Assembly (NCBI GenBank): GCA_015485435.1
Contig: WFTO01000414.1
Location: 1-43,365 of the forward strand
Direction of reading: 5' to 3'
DNA length: 43,365 nucleotides
DNA from: Anaerolineae bacterium
GTDB taxonomy: Bacteria > Chloroflexota > Anaerolineae > J102
Below the pieces are notes generated by a model. That model made no database searches and was not told the DNA's origin. It saw only the letters and a list, made by a program, of their open reading frames with translations. The translations under genes were made by a program, and so were the position numbers. Within the stretch, counting starts at the first letter, position 1, and every line of letters starts with the position of its first letter. Of this stretch, positions 1 through 9,864 are shown piece by piece.

Positions 1-42
1 CACCTTTTTCCTTGCCAGACACAGATTTGAACAAAACAAACC

Positions 43-270
43 ATGATCAAGCAACTTTGGCGTGAATGGCTACGAGTATCCAAACATATTGGCAGCTTCA
101 ACGCCCGCGCGCTCATCACTCTGATTTACTTCACCCTGTTGGCGATTTTCGGAGTCCCCACGCGTCTCTTTGCAGACCCTATGGGAGTGAAAAATCGCCC
201 CAAAGATAGCGCCTGGCGCGCACGCACGACATACGATGTCGATCTCACCACTGCCCGACGGCAGGGATAA
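43..270 (+). CDS. small membrane protein, SxtJ-like (resembles the C-terminal half), upstream partner of the carbamoyltransferase
   Basis: 75-aa ORF with one hydrophobic span (ALITLIYFTLLAIFGV) and a basic tail. It lies directly 5' of a carbamoyltransferase, where SxtJ-type proteins are usually found. The resemblance to the SxtJ family is from memory only. An in-frame stop at 28-30 shows it is not simply truncated by the window edge. Confidence 0.45.
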   Translation: MIKQLWREWLRVSKHIGSFNARALITLIYFTLLAIFGVPTRLFADPMGVKNRPKDSAWRARTTYDVDLTTARRQG

Positions 271-332
271 TCCTCTCTTCCGAATAGCCTTTCCCCTGGC
301 GCCTTTCACGCTCCCCCGTTTGACCAAAGCAT

Positions 333-2135
333 ATGTACATACTTGGAATCTCCTGTTTTTATCATGACAGCGCTGCCGCCCTTTTAAAGGACGGAGAGCT
401 CATTGCTGCGTCCGACGAGGAGCGCTTCAGCCGCATTAAACACGACAATGGATTCCCTCACCATGCGATTCAATTTTGCCTAAGGCAGGCGGGCATTGGC
501 CCGGAAGACCTGGATTACGTGGTGTTTTATGAGAAACCGTTATTGAAATTCGATCGCATCCTGCGTACAGGCCTGGCAACCTTTCCAAAATCCTGGCTAG
601 CTTTCCGCGAGGCGCTGATCACCTGGATGAATGAAAAACTGTGGATCAGAGCCCTGTTGCAGGAAGCCCTGCCTGCCGTGCCTAAAGACCGTTTCCTCTT
701 CATTGAACATCACCTTTCGCACGCCGCCAGCGCTTTTTTCGCCTCCCCCTTCGACGAAGCAGCCATTATCACGCTGGATGGCGTGGGAGAATGGACCACT
801 ACGACGATTGGCAAAGCCACGGCCAATTGGAGCGGCAACGGCCAAAATCACATTGAACTGCTCAAAGAAACCAAATTTCCCCATTCATTGGGCTTACTTT
901 ATTCAACCTTTACAGCGTTCTTAGGATTTCGGGTCAACAATGGCGAATACAAAGTGATGGGGATGGCGCCCTATGGGCAGCCGCGTTATCTTGATCGGAT
1001 CGAAAAAATCATCAACGTATACGATGACGGCTCCTTTTGGCTGGATATGGACTACTTCCAATTCCATTACTCTGCCACCCGCACTTTCAGCGACAAATTC
1101 ATCCAGCTTTTTGGAGAGCCGCGCCAACCCGAATCCGAATTCTTCACCCTGGCCACGCACCCGCAAAAAGATCATCCCGCGTGGGATGACGCTACCGCCC
1201 GGAAAAACCAACATTACGCGGACATTGCCGCCAGCATTCAACGCTTTACAGAAAACGCCATTCTCAAGATTGTGCAGCATGCTTACGACATCACGGGAAG
1301 TCGCAATCTCGCCATGGCTGGCGGCGTTGCACTCAACTCCGTCGCCAACGGTCGCATTTTAAGAGAAGGCCCCTTCGAAAATGTTTACATCCAACCCGCG
1401 GCTGGCGACAATGGCGGCGCCTTGGGGGCCGCGCTCTATGCTTACCACGTAATATTGGGGCAGCCACGCAAATTCATTATGGAGCATGCATACTGGGGAG
1501 AAGGATTTTCACAAGCGCACATTCAGGCTTTTCTCGAACGGGAAAACATCCCTTACGAATACATCGAAGAAGAAACGGCCCTCACACAAAAAATCGCCCA
1601 GGCATTGGTGGAAGGTCAGGTCGTCAGTTTGTTTCAAGGACGCTCCGAATGGGGACCACGCGCATTGGGCAATCGATCCATCCTCGCGGACCCTCGCCGC
1701 GAGGACATGAAAGAGATCGTGAACACCAAAATCAAATTCAGAGAGCCATTCCGCCCCTTTGCTCCCGTTGTCTTAGAAGAGGCAGCCGCAGACTTTTTTG
1801 AAATTGATGACCCCGAAAGACACTACCTGCCCCGATTCATGTTAATGGTGGCGCCCGTAAAAAAAGAAAAATGGGATGTGATTCCCGCCACCACGCATAC
1901 TGGCGGCACAGGTCGATTGCAAACCATTCGCGAAGCCTGGAACCCGCGCTATTACCAGATCGTCAAACAGTTTGGTGAAGCGACAGGCGTTCCGGTAGTA
2001 TTGAACACCAGCTTCAATCTCCGAGGAGAACCCATTGTGAACTCTCCGGAAAACGCCTATCGGACCTTTAGTCGCAGTGGCATCGACTTGCTCGCACTGG
2101 ACAAATTTCTCATTCGCAAGAAAAAAACCACATAA
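333..2135 (+). CDS. carbamoyltransferase (NodU/CmcH/SxtI family)
   Basis: 600 aa. The N-terminus MYILGISCFYHDSAAALL, the HHLSHAASAF motif, AMAGGVALNS and the C-terminal NTSFNLRGEPIV are hallmarks of this family. ATG start at 333. Confidence 0.92.
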   Translation: MYILGISCFYHDSAAALLKDGELIAASDEERFSRIKHDNGFPHHAIQFCLRQAGIGPEDLDYVVFYEKPLLKFDRILRTGLATFPKSWLAFREALITWMNEKLWIRALLQEALPAVPKDRFLFIEHHLSHAASAFFASPFDEAAIITLDGVGEWTTTTIGKATANWSGNGQNHIELLKETKFPHSLGLLYSTFTAFLGFRVNNGEYKVMGMAPYGQPRYLDRIEKIINVYDDGSFWLDMDYFQFHYSATRTFSDKFIQLFGEPRQPESEFFTLATHPQKDHPAWDDATARKNQHYADIAASIQRFTENAILKIVQHAYDITGSRNLAMAGGVALNSVANGRILREGPFENVYIQPAAGDNGGALGAALYAYHVILGQPRKFIMEHAYWGEGFSQAHIQAFLERENIPYEYIEEETALTQKIAQALVEGQVVSLFQGRSEWGPRALGNRSILADPRREDMKEIVNTKIKFREPFRPFAPVVLEEAAADFFEIDDPERHYLPRFMLMVAPVKKEKWDVIPATTHTGGTGRLQTIREAWNPRYYQIVKQFGEATGVPVVLNTSFNLRGEPIVNSPENAYRTFSRSGIDLLALDKFLIRKKKTT

Positions 2136-2161
2136 CCTTCTCTCCTGGATGATAACCAACC

Positions 2162-2323
2162 ATGCTTAAACGACTCGGCATCATCGGCGAACTGTTTCAA
2201 TTTATCTGGTCCCAAAAACTTTATTGGATGATCCCCATGATCATCATTTTGGTGGTGGTCATCGCTATCAGCCTATTGGGACAAGCCACTGCCGTAGGGC
2301 CATTTATTTATACACTCTTCTAA
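2162..2323 (+). CDS. DUF5989/SxtK-like 53-aa single-TM protein
   Basis: Not in the ORF track because it is under 60 aa. ATG at 2162, TAA at 2321-2323. Sequence: MLKRLGIIGELFQFIWSQKLYWMIPMIIILVVVIAISLLGQATAVGPFIYTLF. It starts 26 nt after the carbamoyltransferase stop. The PFIYTLF ending and the size match the small proteins I remember following these enzymes. Confidence 0.7.
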   Translation: MLKRLGIIGELFQFIWSQKLYWMIPMIIILVVVIAISLLGQATAVGPFIYTLF

Positions 2324-2351
2324 CAAAATCTTCACTCCAAGTGCAAAACAT

Positions 2352-2400
2352 GGACGAATGCCGCTATTTCTTTCGTCGTTACATTCGTCCTTTGTCTTGT
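2352..2400 (+). terminator. intrinsic terminator after the carbamoyltransferase cassette
   Basis: Perfect 9-bp stem, GGACGAATG (2352-2360) pairing with CATTCGTCC (2382-2390), with a 21-nt loop, followed by T-rich TTTGTCTTGTT. Confidence 0.55.
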
Positions 2401-2445
2401 TAAAGAAAAACATCTGCGACGCACATTTCTTGCTCCTTTTTCTGA

Positions 2446-2475
2446 TTGGTCACATTGGCGTCATTGCAGTATACT
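2446..2475 (+). promoter_or_regulatory. candidate sigma-70-type promoter for recA
   Basis: TTGGTC (2446-2451), an 18-nt spacer, then TATACT (2470-2475), about 105 nt upstream of the recA ATG. Found by pattern match only. Confidence 0.3.
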
Positions 2476-2581
2476 TTAAGACGAGAGAAGATCGGTTACA
2501 ACCTTCGGGTTATTTGTTTTTACCGGATTTATTATCCCCCGAAAGTTCACATCGCCCCATCCCAATTATCCCAGAAAACGC

Positions 2582-3601
2582 ATGGCTAAAAGCGACCGCG
2601 AAAAAGTTCTCGAAAGCACCCTGGCAACGATCAACAAACGCTTTGGCGAAGGCGCCATCATGAGGTTGGGTGACGCCTCCGCGTTAGCGATCGAAGCCAT
2701 ACCCACCGGATCATTGACGTTGGACTACGCCATTGGCGTGGGTGGCATGCCGCGCGGTCGCATCATCGAAATTTTTGGCCCCGAATCCTCCGGCAAAACG
2801 ACCCTCTGTTTACACACCATCGCCGAAGCGCAGAAACTGGGTGGCATTTGTGCATTCATCGACGTGGAACATGCACTGGATCCCGCTTATGCGCGAAAAA
2901 TCGGCGTGGACGTGGAATCTCTTTACATTTCCCAGCCCGACACCGGGGAGCAGGCGCTCGAGATCACAGAAGCGCTGGTGCGCTCGGGCGCCATCGATGT
3001 CGTGGTCATCGACTCCGTGGCCGCCCTGGTTCCCCGGGCCGAGATCGAAGGGGAGATGGGAGATAGCCACATGGGTCTACAAGCCAGGCTAATGAGCCAG
3101 GCTATGCGCAAACTGAGCGGCGTCGTCAAACAGACCAACACCGTCATGATCTTCACCAATCAGTTAAGGCAAAAAATCGGTGTCATGTTCGGCAATCCCG
3201 AAACCACTCCTGGCGGGATGGCCTTGAAGTTCTATGCATCGGTTCGCCTTGACATCCGCCGCATTCAAACATTAAAAGCCGGTGGCGAGACCATCGGGAA
3301 CCGGACTCGCGTCACGGTGAAGAAAAACAAAGTGGCGCCTCCCTTTAAAAAGGCCGAATTCGACATCATGTTCAATGAAGGGATCTCACGCGCCGGTGAG
3401 ATCCTGGACCTGGCGGTGGAGAATGACATTATTGAGAAGCGCGGATCCTTTTACAGCTATGAGGGCACCCGGTTAGGACAGGGGCGAGAGAATGTAAAAA
3501 CTTTCTTGAGGGCGAATCCAGATCTTCTCGACGCCATCGAGGACCAATTACGGGCGCTGATGGGGCTCCCACCCCGTCCACGCCCTGCGGAAACAGCCTG
3601 A
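2582..3601 (+). CDS. recA: recombinase RecA
   Basis: 339 aa. Walker [10 protein letters not shown], then [10 protein letters not shown] and [21 protein letters not shown]; RecA-like over the full length. Confidence 0.98.
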   Translation: MAKSDREKVLESTLATINKRFGEGAIMRLGDASALAIEAIPTGSLTLDYAIGVGGMPRGRIIEIFGPESSGKTTLCLHTIAEAQKLGGICAFIDVEHALDPAYARKIGVDVESLYISQPDTGEQALEITEALVRSGAIDVVVIDSVAALVPRAEIEGEMGDSHMGLQARLMSQAMRKLSGVVKQTNTVMIFTNQLRQKIGVMFGNPETTPGGMALKFYASVRLDIRRIQTLKAGGETIGNRTRVTVKKNKVAPPFKKAEFDIMFNEGISRAGEILDLAVENDIIEKRGSFYSYEGTRLGQGRENVKTFLRANPDLLDAIEDQLRALMGLPPRPRPAETA

Positions 3602-3803
3602 ACGGCGTTTTCCTGGATCCTCCCTGGCCGCCACTTCTCTGAAGATGGCTTCACCGGCGCAACGCGCGCGGCAAGTGATCGGTGGCGTTCGGTCCAGTTA
3701 TTGCAGGAACAACCTTTGCGACCTCCGCTGGCGGATCTCATCTTGCCCGATGGAGAGAGCTGTCTGTTGGCTACGTCGCCAATTCATCCTCATCACCATG
3801 CCC

Positions 3804-3838
3804 GAGCGTTGCGCACCCGTGTTCGCGACGCTTTTTTG
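3804..3838 (+). terminator. intrinsic terminator/attenuator between recA and recX
   Basis: Stem GCGTTGCG (3806-3813) pairs with CGCGACGC (3824-3831): 8 bp with one G-U pair and a 10-nt loop. TTTTTT follows at 3832-3837, ending 9 nt before the recX ATG. Confidence 0.6.
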
Positions 3839-3846
3839 TTGTCTCC

Positions 3847-4485
3847 ATGCCAAAAATCATTACAAAACTCGTCATCCAACGACGGAACAAGAACCGGGTT
3901 AACGTCTTCCTCGATGAGGATTATGCGTTTTCTCTTTCCGCGGACCTCGCGCTCAACTTGCGAATTGGCCAGAGTTTGGATGAAGACGCCATCGACCAAT
4001 TGTTGGAAGAAGACGCCTACCGCAAAGGCATGGAAAAAGCCTTTCGCCTTCTTGCCAGACGCCCCCGCTCGGAAAACGAAATCACCGACGCGTTGCTCCG
4101 TGCAGATTTCTCGCCATCAATTTGTACACGCGTCATCCGACGCCTGAAAGAAATGACGTATCTTGATGATCGCGCCTTTGCAGACTGGTGGATCGAAAAC
4201 CGCGCACAATTCAATCCCCGCAGTCGTTGGGCGTTACATCAAGAGCTCAGCCAAAAAGGCGTTCCCGGCGCCATTATCGAAGAAGCTTTAGCTCGAGTTG
4301 ATGATCTTCAGTTGGCCATGACAGCGGCTGAGAAACGCGCCTATCGCTGGCAGCACCTTCCACCCCAAGAATTTGAAACCAAAATGTTACGTTTCCTTCA
4401 GCGTCGAGGTTTCTCCTACGCGGTGGCTCGCCACACCATCGAGGCGCTGCGAACAGCTTGGGAAGAAGATGCCTCCCCATCATGA
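3847..4485 (+). CDS. recX: recombination regulator RecX
   Basis: I chose the internal ATG at 3847 (MPKIITKLVIQRRNKNRVNVFLDEDYAFSL...), giving 212 aa. The repeated helical RecX-type pattern and the position after recA support the call. The upstream part of the track ORF (3682-3846) is Ser/Ala/Cys-rich and spans the terminator. Confidence 0.85.
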   Translation: MPKIITKLVIQRRNKNRVNVFLDEDYAFSLSADLALNLRIGQSLDEDAIDQLLEEDAYRKGMEKAFRLLARRPRSENEITDALLRADFSPSICTRVIRRLKEMTYLDDRAFADWWIENRAQFNPRSRWALHQELSQKGVPGAIIEEALARVDDLQLAMTAAEKRAYRWQHLPPQEFETKMLRFLQRRGFSYAVARHTIEALRTAWEEDASPS

Positions 4486-4570
4486 ATCTTCCATGTCCTG
4501 TCTGCTCTCATCAATCGCAGAATTTTATCTCGCATTTTCATAGATCATCCCAACCCATCAGGAAAAGACC

Positions 4571-6112
4571 ATGCAACCGATGTTTATTATTTTGGCTGTC
4601 GTCATAGGCCTCTTGTTGGGCTTGATGCTTGGATATTATCTTGGCGTCTGGAACAAACGACGCCAGGATGCAGAAATCCTGGCTTCCGCCCAACAACAGG
4701 CTGAACGTATCCTCAGTGAAGCCAAAGATAAAGCACTTAAAATTGAATTAGAAGCCAAAGATCAATCCATTGCTTTCCGCAACGAAGTGGAGGCGGAGCT
4801 CAACCGTCGACGTCGGGAATTGGCCCGGTTGGAAGAACGGGCGCAACGGCGGATGGATCAACTCGAAACCCGCGCCGAAAACCTGGAACGACGGGAACAG
4901 CGTTTAAACGAACGCCAAAGTAAGTTAGATAAACGAGAAGCGCAACTTGAAAAAGCGGAAGCGGAATATCAGGCAGAGCTGGAACGCATCTCGCGAATGA
5001 CCACAGAAGAGGCCCGAGAGGAATTGTTGCGACGCACGGAATCTCAAGTTCGCGGAGAAATGGCGCGAATCATCCGTCAGGTTGAAGCGGAAATTGCCGA
5101 AATCGCCGACCGTCGCGCCCGTGAGATCATCACCCTTTCCATCGAACGTCTGGCGTCGGATGTTGTCGCCGAAAGCGTTGTCACGGCGGTGCCCCTACCG
5201 TCGGATGATATGAAGGGACGCATCATTGGGCGCCAGGGTCGCAACATCCGGTCTATTGAAGCCGCTACTGGCGTAGACCTGGTCGTCGACGACACGCCCG
5301 AAACCATTATCATTTCGAGCCACGATCCAATCCGCCGGGAAGTGGCGCGTCGGGCGTTAACCAAACTGGTGCAAGACGGTCGCATTCATCCAGCTCGCGT
5401 GGAAAAAGAGGTGCAGAAAGCGCAAGAAGAAGTGGAACGCATCATCCTTGAAGCGGGAAAAGAAGCGGCTTACCAAACTGGTTTTACGGGCCTGCATCCA
5501 GAGTTGCTAAAGTTGATCGGTACCTTAAAATTCCGCACCAGCTATGGCCAAAACCAGTATTTCCATGCTATCGAAACCAGTCATCTGGCTGGTTTGATGG
5601 CCGCGGAACTGCATGGCGATGTACGCGCGGCAAAGATGGGCGGCCTGCTCCACGACATCGGCAAAGCTGTAAGTCACGAGACCGAGGGGCCCCACGCCAT
5701 TGTTGGCGCCGATATTGCCCGCCGTTATGGCGTTCCCGAAAAAGTTGTTAATATCATTGCGTCGCATCATAACGAAGTTGAACCCCAGTCCCTGGAAGCC
5801 ATCCTGGTGGCCGCAGCCGATGCCATCTCGGGTGCGCGACCGGGCGCACGTCGTGAATCGTTGGAAAACTATATCAAGCGACTCACCGCCCTGGAAGAAA
5901 TCGCCAAGAGCTTCAAAGGCGTCCAGCAAGCATACGCCATCCAGGCCGGGCGCGAGGTTCGCATTCTGGTCAAACCGGAGATGATAGACGACTACGGGGC
6001 CATAGAATTGTCTCGTCAGATTGCCCAGAAAATCGAGGATAGTCTTCAATACCCAGGGCAGATCAAGATCACGGTGATCCGAGAAACGAGAGCCGTGGAC
6101 TTCGCGATGTAA
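4571..6112 (+). CDS. rny: ribonuclease Y
   Basis: 513 aa. An N-terminal TM helix, a long E/R/K coiled coil, a KH domain ([15 protein letters not shown]) and an HD domain (LLHDIGKA...ASHH). Confidence 0.95.
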   Translation: MQPMFIILAVVIGLLLGLMLGYYLGVWNKRRQDAEILASAQQQAERILSEAKDKALKIELEAKDQSIAFRNEVEAELNRRRRELARLEERAQRRMDQLETRAENLERREQRLNERQSKLDKREAQLEKAEAEYQAELERISRMTTEEAREELLRRTESQVRGEMARIIRQVEAEIAEIADRRAREIITLSIERLASDVVAESVVTAVPLPSDDMKGRIIGRQGRNIRSIEAATGVDLVVDDTPETIIISSHDPIRREVARRALTKLVQDGRIHPARVEKEVQKAQEEVERIILEAGKEAAYQTGFTGLHPELLKLIGTLKFRTSYGQNQYFHAIETSHLAGLMAAELHGDVRAAKMGGLLHDIGKAVSHETEGPHAIVGADIARRYGVPEKVVNIIASHHNEVEPQSLEAILVAAADAISGARPGARRESLENYIKRLTALEEIAKSFKGVQQAYAIQAGREVRILVKPEMIDDYGAIELSRQIAQKIEDSLQYPGQIKITVIRETRAVDFAM

Positions 6113-6142
6113 AACGCTCTGAGCGCTGAGAAGAGACGTCCA

Positions 6143-6183
6143 AGGCGTAGGGCATCGGATATGCTCTGCGCCTTTTCTTTTTT
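6143..6183 (+). terminator. intrinsic terminator of rny
   Basis: 13-bp stem, 6143-6155 pairing with 6161-6173 (two G-U pairs, 5-nt loop), followed by TTTCTTTTTT. Confidence 0.75.
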
Positions 6184-6327
6184 GAGAGCGACCTCACCAA
6201 GTGAAAAGATCGACGCCCAAGGGCGCGTCCATGAATGATTTGGCAATGGTTCGCGTCTTCGGGCGTCGATCGCCAATGTTGTTTGAGGGGTGCCCGATGG
6301 TATCAAAGCGTCATCGTTATCTTAATC

Positions 6328-8037
6328 TTACGACACCCACAAGGGCACAAATTCAAATTTATCTACGTCCACCAGGCCCAAATCTGTCAACTTGAGGCTG
6401 GGGATCACTTCCAAAGCCATAAAACTCATACCCATGAAGGGATCATGTAGGGGTGAACCCAGGAATTGAGCCGCTTTGATGGCAGCATCAACCTGATCTC
6501 GAATGACCTCCATAGGTTCTTTGCTCATCAGACCAGCCAGGGGCAAGGGCACTTCCGCCAACACCCGCTCGCCATCCACCGCGACCAAGCCGCCCCCCAT
6601 CTCGGCCACGCGTCGGGCGGCGGTCATCATTGAGAGATCATCGGCACCCACAACCACAATGTTGTGATGGTCATGAGCCACAGAAGAAGCCAATGCGCCA
6701 CGTTTCAGACCGATCCCCTGAATGAAGCCTTTGCCGACATTGCCCGAATGCATATGACGCTCGATCACCGCCATCTTGAGAATGTCTCGACCAGGATCTG
6801 CCTGAGCCAGCCCCTCGACAATCGGGACTTCGAGCTGCAAATGTTTGGTGATGAGCTGATTTGGGATATGGCCAATGACACGGGCAACGCGACCTTCTGC
6901 GGGAATATCAAAATTCACCTTTTCCCAGGCCACATTCATGGTGTGCCGCAACGCGCGGGCGGGAATCGTCCGGGGAGGAACCGTCATAACGCCATTTTTG
7001 GCAACAAGTTTTCCACCACGGAACACCAAGCGAGGCCGAGGAGCGTGCAAATCATCGAAGACGATCATATCAGCCCGGCGGCCTGGGGTAATGGCGCCGC
7101 GATCATGAAGCCGGAAATATTGGGCGGGATTCCATGTCGCCATGCGAAAGGCGATGATCGGATCGATACCCTCAGCAATGGCAGTTCGCACCATGTAATC
7201 GATGTGGCCTTGATCTAAAAGGTCAGCAGGCTGGCGGTCATCCGTACAGAAACAAATCCGATGATGATTCCTCTCCGTGACAAGGGGCAACAGATCTTTG
7301 AGGTTGTGTGCATTGGTCGCTTCTCGGATAAAGATCGTCATGCCTGCGCGTAATTTTTCGAGAGCTTCTTCGACCGTCGTGGCTTCATGATCGGAACCAA
7401 TGCCAGTCGCCACATAGGCCTGCAGCGCTTTGCCCGTCACCCCGGGGGCATGACCATCGATGACCTCTTCTCGGAAAATGCGAAGTTTGTCCAAAACCTC
7501 ATCATCGCCAAAAATGACGCCCGGGAAATTCATCACTTCGGCCAGACCCAACACCCAAGGATCCGATTTTAACGAGACCAAATCATACCAGTGCAACGTG
7601 GCGCCATTGGTTTCCATTGTTGTTGCCGGAACACAGGAAGACGCCATGACATACATGCTTAATGGCCCATATTTGGCGTTCTCAAACATAAACCGAATGC
7701 CGTCTAACCCTAACACATTGGCGATCTCGTGAGGATCGGTGACTACGGTTGTGGTCCCGCGGGGCACGACGGTGCGGGCAAACTCCGAAGGGGGCGCCAT
7801 TGAGCTTTCAATGTGCACATGGGCGTCAATGAAGCCGGGCGCTAAATACGCCCCCTCCAGATCAATCACTTTTTCCGCCTCATACCCGTCACCCAATCCA
7901 ACGATTCGCGAACGTACCACAGCCACATTCGTATGGATAATTTCACCACTAAGAACGTTGACAAGCCGAGCATTCTTTAGCAACAGGTGCGCCGGCTCTT
8001 CGCCTCGAGCATAACGAACAAGTTCAGCAAGCTCCAT
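6328..8037 (-). CDS. ade: adenine deaminase
   Basis: 569 aa. The amidohydrolase metal motif PGFIDAHVHIESSM and full-length resemblance to Ade. An AGGAGG Shine-Dalgarno sequence lies upstream of the ATG at 8037. Confidence 0.9.
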   Translation of the reverse strand: MELAELVRYARGEEPAHLLLKNARLVNVLSGEIIHTNVAVVRSRIVGLGDGYEAEKVIDLEGAYLAPGFIDAHVHIESSMAPPSEFARTVVPRGTTTVVTDPHEIANVLGLDGIRFMFENAKYGPLSMYVMASSCVPATTMETNGATLHWYDLVSLKSDPWVLGLAEVMNFPGVIFGDDEVLDKLRIFREEVIDGHAPGVTGKALQAYVATGIGSDHEATTVEEALEKLRAGMTIFIREATNAHNLKDLLPLVTERNHHRICFCTDDRQPADLLDQGHIDYMVRTAIAEGIDPIIAFRMATWNPAQYFRLHDRGAITPGRRADMIVFDDLHAPRPRLVFRGGKLVAKNGVMTVPPRTIPARALRHTMNVAWEKVNFDIPAEGRVARVIGHIPNQLITKHLQLEVPIVEGLAQADPGRDILKMAVIERHMHSGNVGKGFIQGIGLKRGALASSVAHDHHNIVVVGADDLSMMTAARRVAEMGGGLVAVDGERVLAEVPLPLAGLMSKEPMEVIRDQVDAAIKAAQFLGSPLHDPFMGMSFMALEVIPSLKLTDLGLVDVDKFEFVPLWVS

Positions 8038-8096
8038 TGCATTGCCTCCTGGAAAAGATGGATTAATTGTACTGTAAAATGGAAGAACGATTCGCC

Positions 8097-8128
8097 AAAT
8101 CCAAGGTCGTACTAAGGGACCTTGATTT
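8097..8128 (-). other. intercistronic hairpin between hutH and ade
   Basis: AAATCCAAGGTC (8097-8108) pairs with GACCTTGATTT (8118-8128): 11 bp with one bulge. There is no clean U-tract on the minus strand, so it is more likely a stabiliser or partial terminator than a canonical terminator. Confidence 0.3.
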
Positions 8129-8239
8129 CGTTACTGGCAAGTTAAAACTGCAGTTTCAAAGCTTATTTCCTTCGTAGCGCTTTTGTGCCTGCGTGGTTTG
8201 TATATTTCAGGCCGGACATATCCGTTCTTATAACTATTT

Positions 8240-9799
8240 CTACAATTCTAACGCAGAGATAGCGGCCCGCCGAACTTTTCCGGATGCGACAAGCTCGGCG
8301 GCTTTGGCCATATAGGGAGCCATTTCTACATCGGTTTCAATAAATGGAATGTGTTCCCGAATGAGCTCATAGACTGGGGCAGTGCCTCTGCCTAAAGGCG
8401 CATCCTCACCCAGTTTCTTTTTGCGAAAATCAATGGCTTGTGCAGCCGCCATAAGTTCTATTCCCAACATACGCTCTAAATTCCTGAGAATACGTCGAGC
8501 CTGACGACCGGAAATGGGCCCATTAGAGACATGGTCCTCGACATTCGCCGATGTGGGGATGCTATCTGCACTTGCAGGAAAACAAAGTGCCTTGTTTTCT
8601 GACGCCAACGCAGCAGAGGTATATTGTGTCAGCATAAAGCCGGAATTCAACCCCCCATTTTCCGTTAGAAACGCGGGCAACAACTTGCCATTGCTCGCCT
8701 GGTCGATCATACGATTCAATCGACGTTCCGAGATATTACCCAGCTCAGTCATGGCCAGCCCCAGATGATCATACGCCATGGCTAGTGGTTCTCCATGAAA
8801 GTTTCCACCACTTATCGCTACCGGAGAGCCGTCTTCCTCAAAGAAAATCAGAGGATTATCGGTCACGCTATTCAGCTCGATATCCAACACGCGCCGCACA
8901 TTTTCAACGGCTTCCGCGCAAGCGCCGTGCACTTGAGGAATGCATCGTAAAGAGTAGGCGTCCTGAGGATCTGAGCTGATATTCAACCGCACAAGCCCTG
9001 AACCTTCAAGCATATGCCGCAACAATTCAGCGGTTGCAATCTGGTAGGGATGAGGACGGACCGCATGGATACGAGGGTCAAAGGCCACCGGCGTGCCATG
9101 CAAGGCTTCTAACGAAAGCGCGCCGGCCACGTTCGCGACAAAGGTAACGTTTTCAGCCTCCTCCACAGCCAGGCATCCCAATGCCACCATAAACGCTGTG
9201 CCATTGGTTAATGCCAATCCCTCCTTTGGCGCCAAAATCAATGGTTGCAGCCCTACCTTTGCCAGGGCTTCGGCCCCTGGCATAACGTCACCTTGAACTT
9301 CTGCTTTCCCCTCGCCGATCATCACCAATGCCATATGCGCCAATGGGGCGAGATCTCCACTCGCGCCCAAAGATCCCTGACGAGGAACAATGGGATGCAC
9401 GCCTCGTTCCAACATGTCTAACAATAGCCGAATAGTCTTCAAACGCGCTCCAGAATACCCTGAGGCCAATGTATTGGCCCGCACCAACATCATTGCTCGC
9501 ACCACATCCCTCTCCAAGGGGGGGCCCATTCCCGCAGCATGAGACCGGATAATATTCACCTGCAACTGCTGAAGCGCCTCTTTGGGGATAATCGTATTCT
9601 TGAAGGCGCCAAAACCTGTGTTAATGCCGTACACAATACGATTTTCTGCGATGATTCGCTCCACCGCTTGGCTGGCTCTGCGCACAGCCATCTGAGATTC
9701 CTTGGAGAGGCCAATCGACAGTTCGCCGGCTTGAACCCGAGCGACGTGAATAACATCTGGGATGGTAAGACTCAAACCATCAAGAATAATTTCTAGCAT
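8240..9799 (-). CDS. hutH: histidine ammonia-lyase
   Basis: 519 aa. The MIO-forming GASGDLAPLAH motif is present. The selectivity position reads SH in IIRSHAAGMG, as in HAL rather than TAL or PAL. Confidence 0.9.
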   Translation of the reverse strand: MLEIILDGLSLTIPDVIHVARVQAGELSIGLSKESQMAVRRASQAVERIIAENRIVYGINTGFGAFKNTIIPKEALQQLQVNIIRSHAAGMGPPLERDVVRAMMLVRANTLASGYSGARLKTIRLLLDMLERGVHPIVPRQGSLGASGDLAPLAHMALVMIGEGKAEVQGDVMPGAEALAKVGLQPLILAPKEGLALTNGTAFMVALGCLAVEEAENVTFVANVAGALSLEALHGTPVAFDPRIHAVRPHPYQIATAELLRHMLEGSGLVRLNISSDPQDAYSLRCIPQVHGACAEAVENVRRVLDIELNSVTDNPLIFFEEDGSPVAISGGNFHGEPLAMAYDHLGLAMTELGNISERRLNRMIDQASNGKLLPAFLTENGGLNSGFMLTQYTSAALASENKALCFPASADSIPTSANVEDHVSNGPISGRQARRILRNLERMLGIELMAAAQAIDFRKKKLGEDAPLGRGTAPVYELIREHIPFIETDVEMAPYMAKAAELVASGKVRRAAISALEL

Positions 9800-9864
9800 G
9801 AGATTTGGCAGATGAGTAAGAGGGGTTGAACGACTTGCAGAAAAAGGTAGGAAAAGGTATCGCT

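Noticed and set aside
3682-3846. The long N-terminal extension of recX given by the track (start at 3682).
   Set aside because: The extension is low-complexity (Ser, Ala, Cys), has no RecX similarity and contains the recA-recX terminator hairpin. The RecX-like sequence begins at the ATG at 3847.
8038-8239. A purine riboswitch in front of adenine deaminase; the minus strand contains GGATATG, reminiscent of the purine aptamer core.
   Set aside because: The other conserved aptamer segments (UUUCUACC and CCGUAAAU-like junction sequences, and a three-way junction) are absent. Only a simple bulged hairpin is present.
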